Positions 37,458 through 47,500 of a DNA stretch of 64,000 nt are shown piece after piece (the first letter of the stretch is position 1; every line of letters begins with the position of its first letter). Both the position numbers and the translations under genes were made by a program. Source of the DNA: an uncultured Desulfosarcina sp. (GTDB taxonomy: Bacteria > Desulfobacterota > Desulfobacteria > Desulfobacterales > Desulfosarcinaceae). Below the pieces are notes generated by a model. The model saw only the letters and a program-made list of their open reading frames with translations, was not told the origin of the DNA and did no database searches. The DNA lies in the NCBI GenBank assembly GCA_963674945.2, contig CAXXWQ010000003.1, forward strand, positions 2,556,931 to 2,620,930, in the 5' to 3' direction.

Positions 37458-38801
37458 ATGAGCCAAATCCAAAAAATGGAAACAGAGGTGGCAATCGCAG
37501 GTGCTGGCCCAACGTCCTGTGTTCTGGCAAAAGAGCTGGCCCAAAAGGGCAAGAATGTAGTCGTCCTGGAGCAAGGAGACGATTCAAGGTTATTCATAGG
37601 CAGAATAATGGCCATGGCTTGTGGAAAACATACCATGAACACGTTTCCAAAGTCGATGTATGGGGTTTTAACGGAAGACGGAGATGAAGTGGTCATCGGC
37701 AAGGGTATCGGCGGCGGAACAAAACTCTACGGAGGATTGGTCGGCCCGGTTGATTTTGACATGTGGAACAAATATGGTATCGACCTTGAACCTTACCATG
37801 AATCGGCCATGAAGGAGACGTGGGTAACGGAAGAGCCTTACGATTTCACCGGCCTTCAGGGCAAGCGCCTGGACGCGGCTTATGCGCGGCATGGTATCCA
37901 CATGAAAACAATGAAAAAACATATGAACTACAAATATTGTAAGATAGGCTGTAATCTGTGTACTTTCGGCTGTAAGCGAGGGGCAAAGTGGGAAGGAAGA
38001 TACGCCCTCAAAGATGCCGAGGCATACGGTGCCAAGATACTGATCAATACAAAAGTCGAGCGTGCCATCATTGAAAATGGAAGGGCTGTGGGCTTCAGGG
38101 CTAGGAGAAAAAACGCCACGATCGAGGTACGTGCAGATGTGGTGGTATGCAGTTGCGGTGGATGGGGCAGTGTCCCCATCGCCAAAAGAGCCGGGCTGGA
38201 AAAAGCCGGCACCTGGTTCACAGGAGATCCATGTGTCTATCAATTCGGTTTCACAAAAAAAAGGGGAGTAAAAGACAAAAGGTCAAGCATGGGATCTACT
38301 TATTTTAACGATCTGGACCGTGGTTGTTTGTTTCTAGGTGGAGAACCGCCTAGTTTTCTCTTGTGGATGGTGATGTATCTCCAGCAGGAAGGTATCGGCG
38401 CCGTTAAAGACGCTTGGCGTCATAATAAGCTGTTGGCCACGGGTTTTAAGATCCACGATGACGACAAGGGTTACATAAAAGAGGACGGCTCAATGAAAAA
38501 AATCTATACAACACAAGATAAAGAACGCCTGGAGTACGTCTCAAATACCTGCCGGGATATATTGATCTCGGCAGGTTGCGACCCCAACGATATTCACACT
38601 TCAAACATTCTATTAGGGCACCCGAGTGGAACGATTCCCATCGGGAAACTTCTTACTGAATATTGCGAGTCAATGGACATCCCGAACCTATATTTTTGTG
38701 ACGCCAGCGTCTTGCCGGAAGCACCGGGGGTACCCCCCACCCTAAATCTGGTATGTCTTGCCAAATATTTTGCCAACCATTTGTTGACAAAGGTCCTGTG
38801 A
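37458..38801 (+). CDS. GMC-family FAD oxidoreductase (paralog of 32059..33396)
   Basis: GAGPTS, GKGIGGGT, CKIGCNLCTFGC, GHPSGT, DASVLPEAPGVPPTL. Confidence 0.88.
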   Translation: MSQIQKMETEVAIAGAGPTSCVLAKELAQKGKNVVVLEQGDDSRLFIGRIMAMACGKHTMNTFPKSMYGVLTEDGDEVVIGKGIGGGTKLYGGLVGPVDFDMWNKYGIDLEPYHESAMKETWVTEEPYDFTGLQGKRLDAAYARHGIHMKTMKKHMNYKYCKIGCNLCTFGCKRGAKWEGRYALKDAEAYGAKILINTKVERAIIENGRAVGFRARRKNATIEVRADVVVCSCGGWGSVPIAKRAGLEKAGTWFTGDPCVYQFGFTKKRGVKDKRSSMGSTYFNDLDRGCLFLGGEPPSFLLWMVMYLQQEGIGAVKDAWRHNKLLATGFKIHDDDKGYIKEDGSMKKIYTTQDKERLEYVSNTCRDILISAGCDPNDIHTSNILLGHPSGTIPIGKLLTEYCESMDIPNLYFCDASVLPEAPGVPPTLNLVCLAKYFANHLLTKVL

Positions 38802-38890
38802 AAGAAAGACCAACGAAATAACTTGACGAGAGTGTAAATTTGCTGTGAAGAAGGAAGAGAGAATATAACCGAACAATCCGTATTAATGCT

Positions 38891-39367
38891 ATGAATCAGG
38901 AATGCACAAATATGGTTAAAGAATCACCGGCGCCAATGGATCGGGTAATCGCTGCAATACTTCGCTTCCCTCCGATATTTCGTAAAATGCACAGGGAGAT
39001 ATTTGCCAGGGGACAACAAAAAGTGGGCATTGCCATAGCTAGTCACCACGTCATGATTATGAAGATATTACACGAAGCCGGCATTCTTAGCAGCACCGAA
39101 ATTGGGGAGGTATTGTGCGTCTCCAAATCTCAGATGACACACTCCACAGAAAAATTGATGAAGATGGGGTTGATCGAGAAAATACCGGACATCATTGACC
39201 GCAGAAAGGTCAATATCGCTCTTACGCCAAAGGGAAAGGCAGCGACTCAGGAAATTGACAATGTTTTGCTGGATATAATCCACGAGCGTCTATCGAGTTT
39301 TTCAGATGAGGATCTGGAAAAACTGGCCGAATCCTTTGACAATATTGTCGAGGTATTTTCAAAATGA
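38891..39367 (+). CDS. MarR family transcriptional regulator
   Basis: wHTH with SKSQMT...KL...GLIEK..D..DRRKV.I.LTPKG. Confidence 0.92.
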   Translation: MNQECTNMVKESPAPMDRVIAAILRFPPIFRKMHREIFARGQQKVGIAIASHHVMIMKILHEAGILSSTEIGEVLCVSKSQMTHSTEKLMKMGLIEKIPDIIDRRKVNIALTPKGKAATQEIDNVLLDIIHERLSSFSDEDLEKLAESFDNIVEVFSK

Positions 39368-39386
39368 AATAGATGGTTAGCTTATA

Positions 39387-41137
39387 CCTGAATTTTGCAC
39401 GCAATTAGCTTTAATTGGCCACGGTGGCCAATTTTTTCAAAATGACGAAGAGTTCGTTTTCTACTCTAACACATGATCGTTGCCTTTAGTGTGAAGTATA
39501 CGGTTTGCACGTGTTTCGTTTAACTGCCCATATACAAAGGAAATTGTCGTGAAAAAAAATTCTTGCATGATATTTTCCCGAGTTACGCAGACGTTCAACA
39601 TGCCACTTGTCTCCACGGCTTCGGTTTCAATCGCGCTTGATCCAGGAAGTCGAGAAAATGGATCATCGCGGGCGTTCTCGCATCGTGTACGGAGAACTTG
39701 ACCTTGTCACGGTTTTGATCTTTGACAACTTTTGCGGCAATGAAAAGCAGCTTCAACCTGGCGATCCGGATTGTATTGGATGCCACCGTTTTTAAATGCG
39801 GCATCTTTTTTCTGTCCTGGCTCATGGCGGCAAGCATCTTGATGTAACGCCAAATGTTATACGACAGCACTACAAGTTGAAAGAACGCATAATTGTTTTT
39901 GAACTTTGCTGATGGGATGGCCTCAAGCCCTTCACGTTTGGCCTCACCCACCAGGTTTTCAACGTCAGCGCGTTTATCATACTTGCTGACCACCTCATGG
40001 GCCGGCCCTGAAAGGTTCGTGCAGAATATCCGGTATGTATAGTTGTCGTCTTCAAAGAGTAGGCATTGCACTTGCTGGTTTGAAGTTGATTTGGCTTTCG
40101 GTATACGCATGGCCACAAACCGGCACGGGGTATCCCAACCAAGGGGCTGATAGACGCAGCTGTTATACTCAACATCCTTGCGTTTCCAGGGCCGATACCA
40201 ACCTCTCGGATCAAAGGGCGGGTCGCATCTCTTGTTGGCGATGATGAAGTCATAGCCGCAGTGTCTTGCAGTCTGGACACTTTCCCAGCTCAGGAACTCT
40301 CCATCGGCCCGCAGCAGGACTTGGCGAACACAACCGGGTAAATGGGATTTTGTCTGGAGGATAAAGGCAGCGGTCTGTTTGCCACTGAGTGTTTCACCTT
40401 TTCGAAGCTTTCCGATAAGACACTCCCGGGTCTGCTCAATGAAGCACAGCACCGGACGGTAACCTTTCTTTCCCCGGTTTTTGGTGTTATGGCCTTTCCT
40501 GCCTCCTTGCTGATTGCCGTACAGCGTCTCGACGGTGGTGTCGATATCGATGCATATCCGGTAATAATTGAAACCCAGTTGTTGCCACACCCGTTCTCGC
40601 AGAATGCTCATGAGCTTCTGAAGGGACTGGGCTTGGTTAATTCCCAAGCTGTCAAGGTATCGCCAGAAGGTGCTCGACACCGGCAACTTTGTCAGTCGGA
40701 AAAATCCACACAGCATGGCATCGAGTCGGATGTAGGTAAAATGCCAGATTCTGTTAAAGCCTATAAACAGTAGCATCAGAAGTCCTGCCACCATCGAATA
40801 GTGGCCCAGCTTTGGCTGCCGGACAGGCGCATGATAGGTGGAGTTAAATATTTGTTTGAAATCGATCAAATCGAAAAATTTGATCATCGCTAAAAGCCCG
40901 CCAAATGGACTTAGTTGCTCGCTGCATGTCTCATGCGGCGTAGAAGCGTTGATTTTTCTGGCCTTGGCAGCGTTTTTCTTAAACCCTTTGTTCTTGCGGT
41001 TTTTACGGCTTTTTGATTTACTTGATTTTACCATCTGGGTACCTCCTGTTTTTATTGTGGAAGCATGTCACCTCCCTTTATAACAGGATTCCCAGATGGT
41101 TTCTTCCTTATTTATGATTCGTCGTGCAAAATTTAGG
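39387..41137 (-). mobile_element. IS1380-family insertion sequence, 1751 bp
   Basis: TIRs CCTGAATTTTGCACG / CGTGCAAAATTTAGG (14/15); 5-bp target duplication TTATA on both sides. Confidence 0.93.
39595..41034 (-). CDS. IS1380-family DDE transposase
   Basis: SPFGGL, IDIDTT...YG.Q.G, GYRP, LRADGEF, Y.KRADVEN...EAK. Confidence 0.9.
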   Translation of the reverse strand: MVKSSKSKSRKNRKNKGFKKNAAKARKINASTPHETCSEQLSPFGGLLAMIKFFDLIDFKQIFNSTYHAPVRQPKLGHYSMVAGLLMLLFIGFNRIWHFTYIRLDAMLCGFFRLTKLPVSSTFWRYLDSLGINQAQSLQKLMSILRERVWQQLGFNYYRICIDIDTTVETLYGNQQGGRKGHNTKNRGKKGYRPVLCFIEQTRECLIGKLRKGETLSGKQTAAFILQTKSHLPGCVRQVLLRADGEFLSWESVQTARHCGYDFIIANKRCDPPFDPRGWYRPWKRKDVEYNSCVYQPLGWDTPCRFVAMRIPKAKSTSNQQVQCLLFEDDNYTYRIFCTNLSGPAHEVVSKYDKRADVENLVGEAKREGLEAIPSAKFKNNYAFFQLVVLSYNIWRYIKMLAAMSQDRKKMPHLKTVASNTIRIARLKLLFIAAKVVKDQNRDKVKFSVHDARTPAMIHFLDFLDQARLKPKPWRQVAC

Positions 41138-41250
41138 TTATACTTTTTTGGCTGTTCCTGCACTTTCACGATTTTTTAAAACAGCAGCCGCCTGCAAGTT
41201 CGATAGCCGGGCATTTGCCATTTTTTCGCAAATACCCGGCTACGATCCGT

Positions 41251-41772
41251 TTAGAGATCTTCTTCGGCGATGATTTCGACCACCTTCTCCGCCGTCTTGC
41301 CCGTAACAACTTTGCATTTATCATGAAGACCCGCCGCCGCCTTCCGCAACCCATCTATGTCGGACATCAACTGAGTAAAAAATTCTTCAGGAATCGTATC
41401 AGCAGGGGCGTCCATCCCCATCTGGATTTTTCGGCAGACAGTGGTGCCGAATTCCTTCTCGAACCATGTCAATAGCTTGTAGGCCGGCATAATGCCCTTA
41501 ACGATACCGGGTATTTCCTCTTTTATATCCTCACGGCCACGACGAAGTCCCAGTATCATAAGTCCCGCTGCGAGCGCGCCACAGAACTTGCCGTTAAATG
41601 CCATCCCGCCACAAAGGTTGCTCGCCGACAGAAACACCTTTTCGTCCTCCATCCCCAGCGTTTCCTGCAGGGCGAGAAGGGTCGCCTGCGCACAACCACC
41701 ATACTCGAATTCGTATCGCGCCGCCTTTTCCCTTGCCTCCTCCTTGCGTTTTTCGACTTCTTTTTTATCCAC
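41251..41772 (-). CDS. C-GCAxxG-C-C family putative redox protein
   Basis: GCAQA, LCGG, CGALAAG, FGTTVCR, KCK. Confidence 0.85.
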   Translation of the reverse strand: MDKKEVEKRKEEAREKAARYEFEYGGCAQATLLALQETLGMEDEKVFLSASNLCGGMAFNGKFCGALAAGLMILGLRRGREDIKEEIPGIVKGIMPAYKLLTWFEKEFGTTVCRKIQMGMDAPADTIPEEFFTQLMSDIDGLRKAAAGLHDKCKVVTGKTAEKVVEIIAEEDL

Positions 41773-41845
41773 GTATTATCTCCTTGTCCAATATTCTCAT
41801 AGAAGTTGCTGCCAACCAACTGCAACTTTAAAAGTCTCTTTCGAT

Positions 41846-42382
41846 TTATGCTTCCGCCTCCAGGCCAAAAACGTTCGATATCGTATTGATGTAGTTGAAA
41901 TAGGCCGTTATCGCAATAGCCTCAAGAATCTGGCTATCCGTATATCCCGCCTCTTTGACTGCGTCGATATCCGATTTCAGAATTTTGTAGGAATCCTTCC
42001 GGGAAGCACGCAGGCAAAATCTGAGCAAGACTTTCTCCGTGTCCTCACATTCAATCTTATCAATGCCATCCATGGCCTCCTGAACCTGTTCCTCACTCAT
42101 GCCAAGCTGTTTTGCCAGCTTCCTATGTGTGTCGACACATATTTTGCAGCTGTTTTCCATGGAAACCAGTATGGCAATACGTTCTTTGGTGGGAAAAGGG
42201 AGTTCTGTGTTGGAAAAAAGATAGGAAGTGGCCATGTTCGTGGTGGAAAAAAAGACATCTTCTCGCAATGCAAGCAACCGGGCGGTTTCACCGAGCGTTC
42301 CTTTTTCTTCAAATCCCGGTTTTAAAAGTTCCTGCATTTTTGGCGACAGTTGGCCAAACTCCGGAAGTGTGATATTTGCCAT
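41846..42382 (-). CDS. AhpD/carboxymuconolactone decarboxylase family peroxidase-related protein
   Basis: KERIAILVSMENSCKICVDTH, GYTDSQILE, FNYINTI. Confidence 0.88.
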   Translation of the reverse strand: MANITLPEFGQLSPKMQELLKPGFEEKGTLGETARLLALREDVFFSTTNMATSYLFSNTELPFPTKERIAILVSMENSCKICVDTHRKLAKQLGMSEEQVQEAMDGIDKIECEDTEKVLLRFCLRASRKDSYKILKSDIDAVKEAGYTDSQILEAIAITAYFNYINTISNVFGLEAEA

Positions 42383-42399
42383 ATTCTATTTGTCCTTGT

Positions 42400-43467
42400 C
42401 TATTCTCCAGGCAGCTTTTTCCCGTCGGTTTCAACCAACTCCCAGTGGTATCCGAAGAGTTCTTCACTATCGAGATAGGCAATGCCGAATGGATACTCAA
42501 ATCCGGCGATGCTGGCTTCAAGGTTGTTTCCTCTCGCCTTCAATCGGGTAAGCTCGGCATCTACATTTGCCACACGGCATCCGATGTGTTGTATCCGCAT
42601 AACGTTACGCTTTTTCACAAATTCGCCGTAGACACTCTCACCTTTTGTCGGCTCCATAAATTCAAAGCGGATCGGACCGGCTTTATAGTATGCCAATGCC
42701 TGCGTGCCGTCCACTTGTCTGCCGCGGATGTAGTGGTACGGCAGGGGATAGTCCCTTGTCGTGGAATAGTCTTCCGCAGGGGGCAATGTCATGTACGGCT
42801 TCCATCCGAAAACCTTATCGACCGTCTCCATGGCCTTGATTATGTCGGGTACGGCCACGGTGATCTCGAATACATGAGGACCACTGTTCACAAACTGGTA
42901 GTCCCGGCTGGTTTCCGGAACGGGATCATTCGGGGTCGTTCCCGGCATGGGGCCGTTGGCTTCAACCAGTTCAAAGTGGAAGCCGAACAGCTCCTCCGTA
43001 TCCAGATAGGCAATACTGAAAGGATATTCATGTCCGCAAAGGGTCGCCTGCACGTTGATGCCCCTTTCTTTCAGCGCGGCAAGTTCGGCCTCCAGATTTG
43101 ACACGCGACATCCCACGTGTTGGATGCGCATCGCGTTATGCCTTTTGGCAAATTCGCCGTAGATGCTCTCTCCGTCTGTCCCCTCCGTGAATTCAAACCG
43201 GATCGGACCGGCTTTGTAGTAAGCAAGCGCATTGGTGCCTTTCACTTCCTTTCCTTTAAATACATGATGCGGAAGAGGATAGCTTCGGGTCGTTTCATAA
43301 TCTTCCACCGGTGGCATCGTACTGTACGGGACCCACCCATACTGCTTCTCCACCGTCTCCATGGCCTTTGGAAGATCGGGGACGGCCACGGTGATCTCAA
43401 ATACGTGGGGTCCGGATCCTACAAATTTGTATTCCTGTTCTCCATAATGCTTCGTAAAATCAACCAT
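42400..43467 (-). CDS. VOC (methylmalonyl-CoA epimerase-like) protein with two complete tandem copies
   Basis: Repeated SGPHVFEITVAVPD..KAMETV, AYYKAGPIRFEF, MRIQH.GCRV, IAYLD.EELFG.H.ELVE. Confidence 0.88.
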   Translation of the reverse strand: MVDFTKHYGEQEYKFVGSGPHVFEITVAVPDLPKAMETVEKQYGWVPYSTMPPVEDYETTRSYPLPHHVFKGKEVKGTNALAYYKAGPIRFEFTEGTDGESIYGEFAKRHNAMRIQHVGCRVSNLEAELAALKERGINVQATLCGHEYPFSIAYLDTEELFGFHFELVEANGPMPGTTPNDPVPETSRDYQFVNSGPHVFEITVAVPDIIKAMETVDKVFGWKPYMTLPPAEDYSTTRDYPLPYHYIRGRQVDGTQALAYYKAGPIRFEFMEPTKGESVYGEFVKKRNVMRIQHIGCRVANVDAELTRLKARGNNLEASIAGFEYPFGIAYLDSEELFGYHWELVETDGKKLPGE

Positions 43468-44122
43468 TTTCTACCCCTCCTTTTGTAAATCGAAGTATAA
43501 ATTTGTACCCCCAATAATGTTCACATTGATTGTCGTGGTAATTTCACCCCCGATTTCTGATCTGCCATCATTTCCTCCTTTTTTCGTCACCAACGCTGTT
43601 TTCAATATCCTATGCAAGCTGATCCAAAAATTTTGATACCGCGATCTGGCATAGCTTTCGTTTTGAAAACAATTTCCCCACGAATTGCCATTTGTCAAAA
43701 AAATTCGATGCATCACCTTTCTGGAACGCTCACACAGCGACATGAGGTGGTTCTGTTTCCAGAACGACGGATGGAATTGCCAAAACAATCAGTATATCAA
43801 ATCATTTTCTTTTTATATGAAAGAAATTGTAGCTCGTTTTTTTGAAAAAGATCATAACTCAAAACATTTGTCAACAGGTTATTGCAAAGGGAACCAACCC
43901 CTTGTTGATTATTATTTAATTATAGTTTTTTCAGGTATATATAAATATTTCGGGCTATGTTTCGGAGTATGTTTGATAATACTCCATCGAATCAAATAAA
44001 AGGTGTTGACAACCGTTTTGGAGCATGACATTTTTTTTCATATGAAAATACGAAGGAGTGTATATGCCCAATTTCAGAATTCAAACCCATTTTTTACAAA
44101 AGAAAGAAATAAAAGGTGACAG

Positions 44123-45497
44123 ATGACGTCTGAACAGAAATTCGAGAGGCTCTTTGCGCCTGGTCGTATTGGTGAAATGGAGCTGAAGAACCGGATCGTG
44201 ATGCTTCCGGCCGGAACGAATTTCGCCACCCAGGATGGCGGTTACGTGACCGAACGGATGAAGGCGTACTATGAGGCACGGGCCAAGGGCGGGGCCGGAT
44301 TGATCACCATCGAAATCTCTTGTGTGGATTACCCGGCAGGCAAGTGTCTGGCTGCCATGCATAGCGTTGCCGATGACGATCACATTCCCGGCCTGAGTGA
44401 ATTGGCCATGTCGATTCAAAAACATGGGGCCAAGGCCGTTGTGCAGATCGGTGCTTCGGGACAGGTAGCGCTTCCAGCCATTACGGGGCTTCCACCTGCA
44501 GGCCCCACCGGATACCCCGAGGGAAATGAAAACCTTCCTTTCGAATGCGCCGCAGCTCCCCGAGAGTTGTCAATCAGTGAGATTGAAACCATCGTTACCC
44601 GCTTTGCCCAGGGCGCCAAACGGGTAAAGAATGCCGGGTTCGATGGTGTGGAGATCCATGCGGCCCATTTATATCTGGTGGCGCAGTTCTTATCAGCCCT
44701 CTGGAATAAGCGCCGGGACGCCTACGGCGGGAGCCTGGAGAATAGAGCAAGGCTGTTGCTTGAGATAATCGGGGCAGTCAAGCAAGCGGTTGGCCCGGAC
44801 TTCCCAGTCTGGTGCCGCATCAACGGGCACCATTCGTTCCTTGGGAATGACGGCATTACCATAGAGGAGGCACAGCAGATTGCCAGGATGACCGAAGAAG
44901 CAGGCGCTGCTGCGATCAGCGTCTCAGGCTTCGGGTCAACCTACCGCATTTTCTCCGATGTTCCAGGCCACCTGCTTCCATTGGCCGAGGCGGTGAAGAG
45001 CGTTGTCACCGTACCGGTGATCGCTGCCGGCAGACTCACTCCTGAAGTGGGGGAGGCAGCCCTTCGTGAAAACAAGACAGATTTTATCGGTATGATGCGG
45101 GCACTGATCGCCGATCCCGAACTTCCCAACAAAGTGTTGTCGGGAAGTCTGGAAGATATCAGGCCCTGCATCTCCTGTCAGAACTGCACAGACAGTGTCG
45201 CACCGGGTCTGTCTTGCAAGCCCCTTCAATGTTCCGTAAATCCTACCGCCGGGAACGAGTGGGAATGCGAGATCAAGCCTGCGTAAAATACGAAGGGATA
45301 ACCGAAACAAGGAGGGGAAGAAGGACACGATCGAAGCCGATACCGTAGTGATTGCCGCCGGCGCGAGGCCAAATCCCAGGCTTTACGAAGCGTTTACAGG
45401 ACAGGTGGCTGAGATGTATGCCACAGGCGATTGCATCGAACCCGGCAAGATACCAACCGCTGTTGGTGACGGATCTCGCATTTCTCGTTCGCTATAA
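44123..45497 (+). pseudogene. 2,4-dienoyl-CoA reductase-like flavin/Fe-S oxidoreductase with internal deletion
   Basis: Intact OYE barrel and CISCQNC..C to stop at 45286; then, in another frame, TIEADTVVIAAGARPN...TGDCIEPGKI..AV.DG*, the extreme C-terminus of the FAD domain; the intervening Rossmann folds are absent. Confidence 0.8.
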
Positions 45498-45522
45498 AGA
45501 TGTGAAACAAAGGTGGTTGCCT

Positions 45523-46671
45523 ATGATTTCCGTAGAAGATGCGCTTACCAAGGTTCTGAGTCATTTTCGCATTTTGGAACCGGAACGAAAACCCATTTTG
45601 GATTGTTTGGGGCAAGTGCTGGCCGAGGATGTCGTCTCAAAAATCAATATTCCTCCATATAATAGCTCAGCCATGGACGGTTACGCCGTTCGATACGATG
45701 ACATCAAAAATGCCAGCGAATTCAATCCTACCGTCGTTCGCATGATAGGAAGGGTGGCCGCCGGATATCCGCCCACCGAAAACGTAGTCCCCGGCACCGC
45801 AATTCGCATCATGACAGGCGCTTCGATTCCCAAGGGCGCCGATACAGTGGTACAATTCGAACACACCCATGAAGCGATTCACCGTAAAGGTGGCGGGCTT
45901 TCCAGTGAAATAGGAATACTTCGTTCCACCACAAAAGGCAAAAATGTTCGCAAGGTAGGTGAATATGCGAAAAAAGGAGATCGGATATTTCAAAAAGGAA
46001 CGGTTTTGCAGCCACGAGAGATTGGCGTACTTGCATCTTTGGGGCTTGATCGCGTGGCGGTAGTCCGTCGTCCGGTGATCGCAATTTTAGCCACCGGTGA
46101 CGAATTGGTTGAGGTGGGACAACCCTTGATGGATGGGAAGATTTACAACGCCAATGCTTATTCCGAGGCGGCACAGGTGATCTGCCATGGGGGTGTCCCA
46201 AAGATGATAGGCGTCGCCTGTGACAACCGTGAGGACTTATCTTCCAAGATCGCTCTTGCAATGGATTGTGACTTGCTCATCACATCAGGAGGCGTATCGA
46301 TGGGTGATTACGATATTGTCAAGGAGATACTGTCGGAAAATTGCGCCATTGGATTTTGGGCGATGAAAATAAAGCCAGGCAGGCGGCTGGCTTTTGGTGT
46401 GTTGTACAACAATGGCAGGGAGGTGCCTTGCTTAGGATTTTCTGGCAATCCGGTGAGTTCTATTCTTTCCTTCGAGCAGTTTGCCCGTCCGGCCATCCTG
46501 AAAATGCAGGGAAAAATGAATTTTACAAAGAACGATAGAGGGGGTATTCGCCGAAGGCGATATGAGAATATAGATAGTCGCCGGTTCAGCGCTGATGGCT
46601 CGATGATAAAAGAGAACAGTCAGTACGATGCCATCTCTTTTGTACCAAAAGAAACAAGCACGTTACACTAG
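45523..46671 (+). CDS. moeA: Molybdopterin molybdotransferase with degraded C-terminus
   Basis: SAMDGYAV, IMTGA.IP.GAD.VV.FE, TGDEL, TSGGVSMGDYD; homology-like MSGTNAQVIV continues after the TAG at 46669. Confidence 0.85.
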   Translation: MISVEDALTKVLSHFRILEPERKPILDCLGQVLAEDVVSKINIPPYNSSAMDGYAVRYDDIKNASEFNPTVVRMIGRVAAGYPPTENVVPGTAIRIMTGASIPKGADTVVQFEHTHEAIHRKGGGLSSEIGILRSTTKGKNVRKVGEYAKKGDRIFQKGTVLQPREIGVLASLGLDRVAVVRRPVIAILATGDELVEVGQPLMDGKIYNANAYSEAAQVICHGGVPKMIGVACDNREDLSSKIALAMDCDLLITSGGVSMGDYDIVKEILSENCAIGFWAMKIKPGRRLAFGVLYNNGREVPCLGFSGNPVSSILSFEQFARPAILKMQGKMNFTKNDRGGIRRRRYENIDSRRFSADGSMIKENSQYDAISFVPKETSTLH

Positions 46672-46741
46672 ATGTCCGGAACTAACGCTCAGGTCATCGT
46701 ACTCATGAATACCGATGCCGGGCTTTTGTCGAAGGAGATAA

Positions 46742-47431
46742 TTGATCCATCACACAGATCAAGAAAAGATATTGATTACGATGGTAGACAAAGAAAACAT
46801 ATGCAGCTATTGCAAGGTCAAGGCATGTATCCATGGCAACATGAATGATGCTCCTAAATTCTGCCCAACTATTTCTTATGCTGAACTGCTCGAAGAAGCC
46901 AAGCACAAACTAAAGGAAAACGAAAATCTGCGCACTGCTCAGAACGTGGCGCGTACATGGCAAAACCTTGGAAAACGATCGCGAATCGAGATGCTCATCC
47001 TCTTCGCCAAGTTTGAGGGTTTTCGCAAATTGGGGCTGGCCTTCTGTGCATCTCTGGGCGAAGAAGCAAGGTTCTTCACAAACTTACTTCTCAATGAAGG
47101 CTTCGAGGTGGCTTCGGTGTGCTGTATGTGCGGTGCCCTCAGTAGTGAAGATGTAGAATTACCAGAGAAGGATAAGTATCTCGGCAACCTTGTAGGCTCC
47201 CGCCAGCCGCAGTGCAATCCCATAGGCCAGGCTATGTTGCTCAATGCACAAAAATGTGATCTGAACATTTTGCTCGGTCACTGCGTGGGCGACGACACGC
47301 TCTTCATAAAGCACAGCCATGCCCCTGTCACCGTATTGGCAGTTAAAGACCTGGCGCTGGCTCACAACCCTCTTAAGGCGCTGGACACAACGACGGAAAT
47401 CGGAAAACGCTTGAACTTCAGCAAACCATAG
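46742..47431 (+). CDS. DUF1847 family Cys-rich protein
   Basis: KLGLAFC, SVCCMCG, CNPIGQA.LLN, LGHCVGDD.LF.KHS.APVT.L.VKD..L.HNP. Confidence 0.85.
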   Translation: MIHHTDQEKILITMVDKENICSYCKVKACIHGNMNDAPKFCPTISYAELLEEAKHKLKENENLRTAQNVARTWQNLGKRSRIEMLILFAKFEGFRKLGLAFCASLGEEARFFTNLLLNEGFEVASVCCMCGALSSEDVELPEKDKYLGNLVGSRQPQCNPIGQAMLLNAQKCDLNILLGHCVGDDTLFIKHSHAPVTVLAVKDLALAHNPLKALDTTTEIGKRLNFSKP

Positions 47432-47500
47432 ATGCCCGCGGGCAAGCACTGTCCACAGGTATGAAGCGGTGAATACTTACTAAGAACCAGGAGGTTTACC

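Noticed and set aside
43471..43999. Short ORFs in the VOC/oxidoreductase divergent spacer
   Set aside because: No family motifs; at most faint gene relics that I cannot support
45352..45522. N-terminal extension of the MoeA ORF
   Set aside because: This stretch is the out-of-frame C-terminal relic of the upstream oxidoreductase; the true start is ATG 45523
46669..46671. Pyrrolysine readthrough of the moeA TAG
   Set aside because: Surrounding C-terminal sequence is already degenerate, the position is non-catalytic and no pyl genes are visible; simple decay is more likely
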